Assembly (NCBI GenBank): GCA_964365465.1 | Contig: CAYIPT010000002.1 | Span: forward strand, 1 to 42,434 | DNA: 42,434 bases | From: an uncultured Candidatus Saccharibacteria bacterium | GTDB taxonomy: Bacteria > Patescibacteriota > Minisyncoccia > Phycocordibacterales > WO2-35-19 | Reading direction: 5' to 3' | Shown here: positions 1-7,787 of the stretch, piece after piece | How positions within the stretch are numbered: the stretch's first letter is position 1 | Layout: every line of letters begins with the position of its first letter | Program-made: the position numbers and the translations under genes | Notes under the pieces: generated by a model | What the model was told of the DNA's origin: nothing | The model's database searches: none | Seen by the model: only the letters and a program-made list of their open reading frames with translations

Positions 1-535
1 TCGGTTTTTTGACTGTCAGCGTTCCGTCCTCGTCCGGCGTTACGAAATAAACTTTGATATGTTTTGTCGCTTCGTCAGAGGCAAGTTTTATTTTCCAATA
101 ACCAGTTTGAGCGATTCTTTCTCGCAAGGTTACTTTACTTGATAAAACAGCGACAACCTTGCTTGTTTTTGGATCATAAATAATCAAATCAACATCGGGC
201 AAATGAGAGCCAAACTCGCCATAATCAACAATCAAATTTCTTTTAACCAAACTCAGCTCCTTTGAAAGATTTGATCCGTTCGTTCTTTCAAGGCTATTTC
301 CATTTACTACCTGCAAGCCGAGAGCATTAACCTCGTCTGTGATAATATATTCAATTAATTTTTCCAAATTTTTACCCTTGAAGGCGCGCCATGATTGCTT
401 ATGGTCATCGCCGGTAAAATCTTTTTTGTGCAATTCCTTTGCTTCCTTTAAAACATTTGAAATATGGCGATATGCTTGCGTATCATATTTTTTCTTTTTC
501 GCTTCGTAAATTTTTATAAGATCGTTTATAGTCAT
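1..535 (-). CDS. Type II restriction endonuclease candidate (PD-(D/E)XK-like); 3' end runs off the window
   Basis: Not in the ORF track because there is no stop in the window. My minus-strand translation from ATG at 535 reads MTINDLIKIYEAKKKKYDTQAYRH...GSHLPDVDLIIYDPKTSKVVAVLSSKVTLRERIAQTGYW...VTPDEDGTLTVKKP and stays open to position 1. It has a D...(S/E)xK-type nuclease motif. It starts 4 nt after the stop of the methyltransferase. Confidence 0.55.
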   Translation of the reverse strand, partial: MTINDLIKIYEAKKKKYDTQAYRHISNVLKEAKELHKKDFTGDDHKQSWRAFKGKNLEKLIEYIITDEVNALGLQVVNGNSLERTNGSNLSKELSLVKRNLIVDYGEFGSHLPDVDLIIYDPKTSKVVAVLSSKVTLRERIAQTGYWKIKLASDEATKHIKVYFVTPDEDGTLTVKKP

Positions 536-539
536 AGAT

Positions 540-1808
540 TTATTTTTCCATTATTAATATATATTCTGTTGGATAAACAGAAATTTTATTTTTGTTTGAA
601 ATGCTGGCAAATTTACCGGTTTTTTCATCCCTAACGGAAGGCAAATTTTTTGATGGGATTTCTCTTTTAATAATATTTGTAATTTTCAATCCTAAATTTT
701 GTAATTGTTCAGCAAAAACCTCGGCGTTTAGGATTTCAACACCTTTTAAACTGGTATTACCGATAACAATACAAGTTTTTCCGCCTTTCTTTAACATTCT
801 TTTCATTTCAGCAAAAACTTGATTCATCTCACTAAAATAGGTAGAAACTTCCTCGGCAGTTTTTTTATCTTTTTTTAATAATTCATTTCTTATTTTTTCG
901 GCAAGTTCGCTATTCAAGACTAAATCCTTTTTGTTATGATGAGAAGTGCCAATAAATCTTTTGCGAAAATCACTTAAATTTTTTGTATACTCTAACCACA
1001 AAGCAGTTAATTGGTGTAAATCGGCATACTCGTAAGATGTAACATAGGGCGGAGATGTAACAATTAAACTAACGGTATTATCTTTTGTAGGGATTGTTCT
1101 TGCGTCTGTACAGACTACCTTACTTGGAATTTTCAAATAACCTTTTTCTGATAACAATTCAAATAACCGAGCATTCCCCCGCAACATCATCTTTATTTGT
1201 TTTGAAAAAGTTTTGATTGGTTCTGATGGCTGTTTCTCAAAGTCTCTTGTTGGTTTGTTACTTTTTTGCAACCAAATTGAGCAATTTTTAAGAATATTTG
1301 AAAATCCACAAAAAAAGAAATCCTGAATATCTTGATCTTTTATCTTTGAAATCTCAGAAAATATAAAAGCAAGTTTTCTTTTTTCTTCAGGTTTGAACCA
1401 ATAATCAATTCTCTCGTGTTCTGGAGCTTTTACTTCTGTATTTTGGTTATATGTATCGAACTTTTTTTGAAGTTTTGTAAATTCTGCTTCAATTTTAGTT
1501 GGATTAATAGGGGTAATTTTTGCTTTCGTAATTAAAACCGCAACGGGGTTAATGTCAACAGCAATTGATGGTCGCCCCATTACCTTTGATTCAACAAGTG
1601 TTGTTCCGCAGCCACCAAAGGGATCAACAATTAAATTTCCTTCTTTGGTGTATTTTTCTGCCAAACGAGAAACTATTTGGGGAATAAATTTTGCCGGGTA
1701 GCGGTGATATCCATGAGTAATATAAGCCGTGTCTTTTCTGGTTTTATCAGAGAAAGACCATGAATGATCAATTTTTGTTTTTGAAAATGGTGTTGTTGTT
1801 TGATTCAT
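540..1808 (-). CDS. DNA amino-methyltransferase (N4-C/N6-A; motif I then TRD then SPPY, alpha-type order)
   Basis: 422 aa. AdoMet motif DPFGGCGTT lies near the N-terminus and the catalytic motif IVTSPPY about 180 aa later. The start overlaps the lexA stop (ATGA). Confidence 0.85.
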   Translation of the reverse strand: MNQTTTPFSKTKIDHSWSFSDKTRKDTAYITHGYHRYPAKFIPQIVSRLAEKYTKEGNLIVDPFGGCGTTLVESKVMGRPSIAVDINPVAVLITKAKITPINPTKIEAEFTKLQKKFDTYNQNTEVKAPEHERIDYWFKPEEKRKLAFIFSEISKIKDQDIQDFFFCGFSNILKNCSIWLQKSNKPTRDFEKQPSEPIKTFSKQIKMMLRGNARLFELLSEKGYLKIPSKVVCTDARTIPTKDNTVSLIVTSPPYVTSYEYADLHQLTALWLEYTKNLSDFRKRFIGTSHHNKKDLVLNSELAEKIRNELLKKDKKTAEEVSTYFSEMNQVFAEMKRMLKKGGKTCIVIGNTSLKGVEILNAEVFAEQLQNLGLKITNIIKREIPSKNLPSVRDEKTGKFASISNKNKISVYPTEYILIMEK

Positions 1809-2443
1809 CTTATTTTACTTAAATTCATTATTACTTTGCCATCAAAAAACACTTCGCCGGGAATTATAGGGATAATATTATAAGCTGGATTTTCTGGCTT
1901 TAAATATCTTTTCCCGCCTTCGGCAATAAACCTTTTGACCGTAGTGCCATCGTTATTCCTGGCCACCACTATGTCTCCGCTTTTGAACTCTTTGGCTCTG
2001 TTTACAAGTAATGTATCTCCGTCGTCTATAAAGGCATTCACCATAGAATCGCCGCTGACTCTGATTACGAAAACTTCTTTTGATTGCTGAAGCGATTCGT
2101 TTGGAACAAGACCCGTAGGAACTTCTACCCATTTGAAATCAACTTCTTCAAACGATTCTATGTAAACACCGGCGGCAGCAGTGCCGACAATCGGGACAAG
2201 TTTTTGTTTGCCTAAAATCTGAAAACCAAAAAACGTTAATCCCAATCCGCGTGCCGAACCCTCGTCTCTTTTTATAGCTTTTTTCTCTTCTAGTTTTTGA
2301 AGCAAATCAATCACAGATTGATTGGAAGACACTTTAAGACCTTGTCTCATTTCTTCAAACGAAGGCGGGTAACCAAAGCTTTTTATGTATTCGTAGATTA
2401 TTTTCAAAAGCTCTTTTTGTCTTGTTGTAATTACTTTTTCCAT
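1805..2443 (-). CDS. lexA: LexA repressor (S24 autopeptidase)
   Basis: N-terminal winged helix TRQKELLKIIYEYIKSFGYPPSFEEM. Ala-Gly cleavage site in VGTAAAGVY. Ser and Lys catalytic motifs VSGDSM and TVKRF. The ORF track starts at 2464, but alignment logic favours MEKVITTRQ at 2443. Confidence 0.85.
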   Translation of the reverse strand: MEKVITTRQKELLKIIYEYIKSFGYPPSFEEMRQGLKVSSNQSVIDLLQKLEEKKAIKRDEGSARGLGLTFFGFQILGKQKLVPIVGTAAAGVYIESFEEVDFKWVEVPTGLVPNESLQQSKEVFVIRVSGDSMVNAFIDDGDTLLVNRAKEFKSGDIVVARNNDGTTVKRFIAEGGKRYLKPENPAYNIIPIIPGEVFFDGKVIMNLSKIR

Positions 2444-2532
2444 ACATATATTGTACCTGACCATTTAGTCAGTCAAAAGAAAAAGTGTGGATAAATTCAT
2501 TTCCCAAACTATACCCTGCTCATTTGCTTTCA

Positions 2533-2820
2533 CTACCCTTTCCAATAGCACTTCGGGCATTCCCAGTATTCAATGTGTTTGTACGGTTTGGGATCTCTTT
2601 TTAAAACGTTCATTTTTAAACCATGGAAATCGGACTCAAAGGTACCTGCTTTTATAGTTTTATCCCATTCTTTTTTAGAACAAATGGGAATGTCGAAAAA
2701 GTAATGGCCGCCGCGATAAGTTCGGTTTGTATAAGTTACAACCTTGATATCTTTGCCGCATATGGAGCAAGTTTTTGAAAGCCTATTTTTAATTGTTTTT
2801 GGAAGATCCTTTATCTTCAT
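2533..2820 (-). CDS. Small zinc-ribbon protein, function unknown
   Basis: 95 aa with CSICGK...CPKCYW (two CxxC pairs). Lies downstream of the ArsR gene and of palindrome 2887-2918. Confidence 0.5.
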   Translation of the reverse strand: MKIKDLPKTIKNRLSKTCSICGKDIKVVTYTNRTYRGGHYFFDIPICSKKEWDKTIKAGTFESDFHGLKMNVLKRDPKPYKHIEYWECPKCYWKG

Positions 2821-2886
2821 AATTTTATACCCTCACTCTACCACTAAATAAAAAACTTTCAATCCTTTAATTTAAAAATTTATCCC

Positions 2887-2918
2887 CCAATCATTCTACT
2901 TTTTAGTAGAATGATTGG
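2887..2918. promoter_or_regulatory. Perfect palindrome (14-bp arms, TTTT centre), candidate ArsR operator
   Basis: ccaatcattctact tttt agtagaatgattgg. It overlaps the 3' end of the ArsR gene and lies 67 nt upstream of the zinc-ribbon gene start. Confidence 0.55.
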
Positions 2919-3222
2919 CTGGGAGCAATTTGGAAAGAATAAAAAGAATAAGACGGGCTGGTCCGGAAATATCGTTCGCAATGCTGTACAGGACGAACGG
3001 ACTGTCGTAGCGTCTGCGGAGAATCCCGTTTTTTGCCAGATAAAGCAGGTATTTGGAAGTGATCCCAAAAGAAGCTTCTATGTTATCCGCGATGTCGCCG
3101 ACAGGCCTTTCCCTTTTGGTTTTAAGAAACGCCAAAATTGCCAACCTGTCCTCGTTTGCAAATATTTTGAATATCTTAGCCAACTCTACACTTCCCCGAT
3201 CTTTTCTTCTGTTTCCTGCCAT
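2896..3222 (-). CDS. ArsR/SmtB-family HTH transcriptional regulator
   Basis: 108 aa. ANEDRLAILAFLKTKRERPVGDIADNIEASFGITSKYLLYLAKNGIL is a typical ArsR winged helix. Confidence 0.8.
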   Translation of the reverse strand: MAGNRRKDRGSVELAKIFKIFANEDRLAILAFLKTKRERPVGDIADNIEASFGITSKYLLYLAKNGILRRRYDSPFVLYSIANDISGPARLILFILSKLLPANHSTKK

Positions 3223-3236
3223 ATCCCATATTATAC

Positions 3237-3262
3237 ATCATTCTACTTTTTAGTAGAATGAT
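3237..3262. promoter_or_regulatory. Second copy of the same palindrome core (11-bp arms), candidate autoregulatory operator
   Basis: atcattctact tttt agtagaatgat, 15 nt upstream of the ArsR start. It is followed by a 2 x 14 bp tandem repeat, atttgtgtaaaaac (3261-3288). Confidence 0.55.
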
Positions 3263-3372
3263 TTGTGTAAAAACATTTGTGTAAAAACAAAGGCTGCCCG
3301 TACCGCTCCCCTGCACAGCGGCGGTGGGAGTTTGACTTTAAATTAAAAAGTGGAATTGAAGGAAGACGAATT

Positions 3373-3888
3373 TTAATATACGGCATTTGTCATAAAATTC
3401 GCCAGCCACATTACAAACCCAATGATAATGATTTGCAACAAAATGCCCAAAAATGGTCTGCTGTCCAATCTTGTTTTTGAGTGAATCCAAACGATGTGAA
3501 ATTTTCGAAGAGTGTTGAATGGCTCATGCTTAAATTTTATTTGAATAAATTGGAGAGCATCCGGCAAAGTGGCGCCGACAATTCCGCACAAAATAACTAG
3601 GGCTGAATATTTCAAATAATAAATATAAAACAGACAGGCCAGCAAAAGACCGATGACCCCATCGAAACCTATTATAAAAAGATCTTTTACAAAATCTTTG
3701 TTTATAACTATGTCATCATTCAGCGGATTGTCCCCATCTCTTTTTTGGCTGGCCAGAGGATAATCCCAATGAGGTATAGCATCCAAAACAAAATGGCTCA
3801 CAAAGCCGACAGCAAAACCCACCAAGGGCTGATTGGGAGTCAAACTGGCAAGAGCCGCTCCTGTTATGGCGTGGGTTGTGAGAGTCAT
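3373..3888 (-). CDS. Membrane-bound metal-dependent hydrolase, YdjM/DUF457-like
   Basis: 171 aa and multi-TM. N-terminal MTLTTHAITGAAL and HFVLDAIPHWD His/Asp motifs are typical of the YdjM family. Confidence 0.6.
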   Translation of the reverse strand: MTLTTHAITGAALASLTPNQPLVGFAVGFVSHFVLDAIPHWDYPLASQKRDGDNPLNDDIVINKDFVKDLFIIGFDGVIGLLLACLFYIYYLKYSALVILCGIVGATLPDALQFIQIKFKHEPFNTLRKFHIVWIHSKTRLDSRPFLGILLQIIIIGFVMWLANFMTNAVY

Positions 3889-3896
3889 AATAATTA

Positions 3897-4367
3897 TTAG
3901 TTATTGGGAGAGTGTTTTTTATTTACATACCAATACAAATAAATAGTAAGAAGAATGGCGATATTGGGGAAAAATATAATAGGTGTGGCCCAAGCGATGC
4001 CGTCTATGAAAAAATCGGATATGGGCCAGAGAAAATGAGTGGGAAAAAAATCGACAGAGTGAGTCGGAATATCAACTAAAATATGAAGAGGCCAAGCCAA
4101 AGTCAATTTGGCGAAATTCTTGCCCCCAAAAATATAAAACAAAATCAGTAGTGGAACAAAAACAATAAAACTATGAGTGGCATTATAAATATAATGAATA
4201 TAACCATTGCCTATCCAAGAATGAAATCCCAAGAGAGAAGCCAAAACTAATGGCCCAAAAGCTAAAAGGTCTGGTCCCATGCCAAACAAAAGAGCCACTA
4301 AATAATTTTTCTTACTTTTTCTGCCGGCGGCTATACCGCCGTACAAACCATGGGAAAAAATATCCAT
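3897..4367 (-). CDS. Membrane-bound metal-dependent hydrolase, YdjM/DUF457-like (paralog)
   Basis: 156 aa and multi-TM, with MDIFSHGLYGG and HILVDIPTH motifs. In tandem with 3373-3888. Confidence 0.6.
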   Translation of the reverse strand: MDIFSHGLYGGIAAGRKSKKNYLVALLFGMGPDLLAFGPLVLASLLGFHSWIGNGYIHYIYNATHSFIVFVPLLILFYIFGGKNFAKLTLAWPLHILVDIPTHSVDFFPTHFLWPISDFFIDGIAWATPIIFFPNIAILLTIYLYWYVNKKHSPNN

Positions 4368-4392
4368 ACCACCATATTAACACATCATTAAA

Positions 4393-4812
4393 TTATTTTA
4401 TCCCGTTACTGCGCATAAATTCAACATACTTTTGGTCCATATCCATGATGTGATTGACGAGCCAGCTACCGGCGAATTCAGCTATCTTAATGATTATCTT
4501 TTTTGTGTCCACTTCTTCTTTTTCCGCTTTAGCTATGAATTCATCCATTCTTTCCTCATAGGCGTTATGTTCGGCAATATGCTCCTCGGTGCCGGAATAG
4601 GCGTAATGCTTAAAAAGATTTTCTTCGGTTGTAAAATGGTAAATCGCATAATTATTCAGATCATTGATTTTAACCAAAAGATCTTTGAGAGAAACGCTTT
4701 CTTGGCTGGTCATTATTATGATTTGGTCCACAATTTCCAAATAATGCTCGTGCTGTTTATCTATTTCTTTGACTCCAACACTGTACTTTTCCGTCCAAAT
4801 GTATTTTTGCAT
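4393..4812 (-). CDS. Hemerythrin-like metal-binding protein
   Basis: 139 aa. WTEKYSVGVKEIDKQHEHYL plus later H/E ligand positions (HFTTEE, HIAEHNAY, NHIMDMD). Confidence 0.8.
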   Translation of the reverse strand: MQKYIWTEKYSVGVKEIDKQHEHYLEIVDQIIIMTSQESVSLKDLLVKINDLNNYAIYHFTTEENLFKHYAYSGTEEHIAEHNAYEERMDEFIAKAEKEEVDTKKIIIKIAEFAGSWLVNHIMDMDQKYVEFMRSNGIK

Positions 4813-4816
4813 AAAG

Positions 4817-5593
4817 TTATTTTATGTTTTTCAAGTACGCCAGTGCGCCATAAAGGCCGCCAAAGTCGCCCAGCTCGGCCTTTTTAATAACTGGAATTTG
4901 AGGAAAAATTTTCAAAATTTCTTTCAGGTAATTTTCTGTTTTATCAAGCGGTATAGACGGATCGCCTGTAATCATAGAACCGCCGAGAACGACGCAGTTT
5001 GGCGACCACTCTACAATTATATTGTTAAGTCCGATGGCCAAAAGCCAGGCGTGGGTGTCCCAAACGCCTCGGTCTGTTACTTCTTTAGGATTTTTACCCG
5101 TTTTTTCCTGAAGGGCTTTGCCTGAAATCATATCTTCAAGAGTTATTTTTGTTTCAACATCCATAATCTGCTTGCCAGGCTCAAAACCTATGGCTCGTTC
5201 ATCTATTTTCCCATTCACTATTCTGGCTCCGCCCACACCGGTGGAAACGGTTATATAAGCTACGATTTCAAACCCCCGACCGGCGCCCCAATTGGCCTCG
5301 CCCAACCCCACCACGGCGGCGTCGTTTTCTATAAAGACGATCACTCCGAATTCTTTCTCCAAATCATTTTTTAATTTTTCATCGGTCAAATCGGGAATGC
5401 TTCGGCTCATCCCGCCGGCGATCTTTTTTATTTCTCTCCCCTTCGCCAACTCTTTTGCTGTTCCAACAAAAAATTTCAAAATTTCCCCGTAACTTTTGGG
5501 CGTTTCAAAAACCTTGGGCGTTTCAAAAACCTCCCCGTCTGCCGAGTAAGCCATTCTTATTTTAGTCGCCCCGATATCAAATAATATATACAT
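4817..5593 (-). CDS. ROK-family sugar kinase (glucokinase-like)
   Basis: MYILFDIGATKIRMA is an ATPase phosphate-1 motif, and ENDAAVVGLGE and GGARIV are present. The track ORF starts at 5629 inside an AT-rich repeat, so the ATG at 5593 is preferred. Confidence 0.8.
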   Translation of the reverse strand: MYILFDIGATKIRMAYSADGEVFETPKVFETPKSYGEILKFFVGTAKELAKGREIKKIAGGMSRSIPDLTDEKLKNDLEKEFGVIVFIENDAAVVGLGEANWGAGRGFEIVAYITVSTGVGGARIVNGKIDERAIGFEPGKQIMDVETKITLEDMISGKALQEKTGKNPKEVTDRGVWDTHAWLLAIGLNNIIVEWSPNCVVLGGSMITGDPSIPLDKTENYLKEILKIFPQIPVIKKAELGDFGGLYGALAYLKNIK

Positions 5594-5689
5594 ATTATTA
5601 AATTCCAAATTACAAATACCAAATTCCAAATAAATTCAAAATAATAAAATTACAAATCCAAAACTAAAACAATAATATTGTAGCATAAA

Positions 5690-5739
5690 AACAGAAAGAG
5701 CCGCACCTTTCGGTCGGCTCTCGAGAGGCGGTTGCCTCT
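5690..5739 (-). terminator. Tandem hairpins plus T-tract after the HTH gene
   Basis: agaggc-ggtt-gcctct (5724-5739) and agagccg...cggctct (5697-5721). On the minus strand they are followed by TTCTGTTTTTA. Confidence 0.6.
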
Positions 5740-6592
5740 AAAGGAAAGCTTCTTTTGTTTTGCCGCAGAGATCAGCACACATGAGCATTACCTTCATGTT
5801 GTTAGCAAGCTCTGGCTGATAGATTTCAACAGCGATCTGGCCGTGAATCAAAACGCCGTGAGTCGGTCCAATGTGAGGGTTTGCCAGCACAACATCGCTA
5901 ACATTCCACATACCTGCTTCCTCCGGAACTGGTATCACCGCTGTTTTTTCTCTAAATACTTCCGCTATTCCAGAACCGTAAGTCAGACGCTGATGCCAGA
6001 ACCAGAAGTTGCCGCCTTGCGCAGACTCTCTTTCGCTGACAAAGAACACTGCTTTCGTCCCAACCTGAACGATTTTTTGGATCGCTCGGCTAAGATTCAA
6101 TCCGTCGCCATGATGATCGGCGAAATGCGGCGTCCAAAGCCAGAGAAGATTCAATGCTGGGTATTTTGTGGCCCACTCCAAGACATCGTCTTTTACGAGC
6201 ATCGGAGGCATGTTGTACTTCTTGGTGAACTTGCAAACTACTTCCAGCCCTTCAACCCCCGCAAATACAGGATACCGTTTTGAGGCGCGGTATATGATCG
6301 CGGGAGCATCGGGATTCTTATCGTAAAGTTGACCGTACTTCTCGATGTCCATTGACCACGAGTATACGACTTCCTCATAATCCAAGTTGTAGATCTCAGC
6401 GAATACTAGAAGCAACTCGCTGTCTGGGTTGGAAATCTTGCCTAATTCTATCTGGGCTACCAGAGATTGTATCCCATGACCATAACTACTCTCGGCCAAG
6501 CGGGAGGCAACCTCAACTTGAGTCAGCTTGGCTTTGAGCCGAGCTTCCTTCAAGTATTTTGCAAACTCAAGCAATGGCCGTGTTCTTGCCAT
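5738..6592 (-). CDS. XRE-family HTH protein with an uncharacterised ~200-aa C-terminal domain
   Basis: 284 aa with N-terminal LKEARLKAKLTQVEVASRLAE. SD GAGAGG lies 5 nt before the ATG. The gene is visibly GC-richer than its neighbours. Confidence 0.6.
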   Translation of the reverse strand: MARTRPLLEFAKYLKEARLKAKLTQVEVASRLAESSYGHGIQSLVAQIELGKISNPDSELLLVFAEIYNLDYEEVVYSWSMDIEKYGQLYDKNPDAPAIIYRASKRYPVFAGVEGLEVVCKFTKKYNMPPMLVKDDVLEWATKYPALNLLWLWTPHFADHHGDGLNLSRAIQKIVQVGTKAVFFVSERESAQGGNFWFWHQRLTYGSGIAEVFREKTAVIPVPEEAGMWNVSDVVLANPHIGPTHGVLIHGQIAVEIYQPELANNMKVMLMCADLCGKTKEAFL

Positions 6593-6713
6593 ATGAACCT
6601 CTCTTTCTAAACACTCATTTCCTAATATATTTAATCATAAGTTGAATAAAATAGCAAATTGACAGAGAGTGAGTTTAATGCCATTGACTCATTCTGATTT
6701 TTGGAGGATTGAA

Positions 6714-7691
6714 CTAAGTATTTGATATTTGGGATTTATATTCCTCCACTGCCGGTTGGTCATAAGGATTTACTCCCAATAGCTTTGCCAGTTCAATAGT
6801 TGTCGCCATCATAAAGGCCATAAAACTTCCCAGCTCTTTCTCATTTATTTCCGGCATTTCATATTTTATAAAAGGCAGGCCGGCTTTTTGGTAAGCGTTG
6901 GTAACATTTTCAAAAGCGGCTTGATTTATATTATTTTTGTTTTCTTTAAGAGATAAAATAAAAATAGTAAACCTATTTTTGGGTCCGCCCAGATAAAGTT
7001 CTAGCATTGAATGCAAATCAGTAGGGCCTATTGAGACAGTGGGAGTAATCACAGCCAAACTTTCGGCTATAAGCTGGCGGCACCACTTGCCCAAATCCTC
7101 AAGCTCCGAATTGAAAATAAAGAAATCCAAAATGTTGAAGCCATTTTTATAATTTTGAAAAATATTTTCAGCCAGATGTTTTGCCTCTTCTTCTTTTTTT
7201 TCTTTACTTCCGGCAACAAAAGCATCGGTATCCAAACCGGCAATGGAAAGAACTGTTGTGTGGGCGACAGTAAAAGCGCTGAATCGTCCGCCCACATTTC
7301 CCTCCCATTCTATTTTTTCTATATTTTTTTCTTCAGCTATTTGCCAAAGTGGCGAATTTTTTGTTGATATAATAATTGCTCTTTTTTTAATATTCTCATC
7401 AAATTTGTTTTCTAAAATTTCATAAGTTTTGTTAAATGCCTCAAGTGTCTCCGCTGTTTTTCCGGACTTGCTTATGGCAATCAAAACCATATCTTCTATA
7501 TTTTTTATTTCGTTTTTAACAAAATTTTCCACCTCTTCATATTCGCGCGCATCTGGCGATTCCAAAAAAAATATTTTTTTATCCATATCTGGCTTATGCA
7601 AGGTCATGGCGTTCCAAACCGCCTTTGAAGCCAAATCGGAACCGCCTATGCCGACCACAAAAATATATTTGGAATCCTTAAATTTTTCCAT
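6714..7691 (-). CDS. pgi: Glucose-6-phosphate isomerase (short SIS-type PGI)
   Basis: YIFVVGIGGSDLASKA SIS motif and GGRFSAFT. The track ORF starts with GTG at 7709, but the ATG at 7691 (MEKFKDSKY) fits the promoter geometry. Confidence 0.75.
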   Translation of the reverse strand: MEKFKDSKYIFVVGIGGSDLASKAVWNAMTLHKPDMDKKIFFLESPDAREYEEVENFVKNEIKNIEDMVLIAISKSGKTAETLEAFNKTYEILENKFDENIKKRAIIISTKNSPLWQIAEEKNIEKIEWEGNVGGRFSAFTVAHTTVLSIAGLDTDAFVAGSKEKKEEEAKHLAENIFQNYKNGFNILDFFIFNSELEDLGKWCRQLIAESLAVITPTVSIGPTDLHSMLELYLGGPKNRFTIFILSLKENKNNINQAAFENVTNAYQKAGLPFIKYEMPEINEKELGSFMAFMMATTIELAKLLGVNPYDQPAVEEYKSQISNT

Positions 7692-7735
7692 ACATTCATA
7701 ATAACTCACCCCTCCCTCTCTTACAACAAGAGAGG
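7692..7735 (-). promoter_or_regulatory. Promoter cassette: hairpin with -35 TTGTAA, 17-nt G-rich spacer, -10 TATTAT, 6 nt, ATG
   Basis: Minus-sense sequence is CCTCTCTTGTTGTAAGAGAGGGAGGGGTGAGTTATTATGAATGT-ATG. The same architecture occurs at 18527-18593, 18604-18646 and 27697-27741. Confidence 0.5.
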
Positions 7736-7736
7736 A

Positions 7737-7787
7737 TAAAAATTGAAAGGCCGCTGGGGAAAACTCGGTTGAATTTTCCCCGCGGCC
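7737..7787 (-). terminator. Strong intrinsic terminator
   Basis: Minus-sense GGCCGCGGGGAAAA-loop-TTTTCCCCAGCGGCC followed by TTTCAATTTTTAT. Confidence 0.75.

Noticed and set aside
2457-2472. CTGAC-N6-GTCAG as a definite LexA box
   Set aside because: The arms are only 5 bp and do not match known LexA-box classes (CTGT-N8-ACAG, GAAC-N4-GTTC). It is kept only as a weak candidate inside the lexA finding.
2880-3261. Track ORFs 2880-3068 (-), 2911-3261 (+) and 3053-3253 (+)
   Set aside because: All overlap the well-supported ArsR gene in other frames or on the other strand. They have no motifs.
4432-5125. Plus-strand ORFs 4432-4887 and 4769-5125
   Set aside because: They are antisense to the hemerythrin and ROK kinase genes, and their sequences are low-complexity Phe/Ile-rich.
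5732-6283. 183-aa plus-strand ORF
   Set aside because: It is antisense to the HTH gene. Long open antisense frames are expected in a GC-richer segment, and it has no start context or motif.
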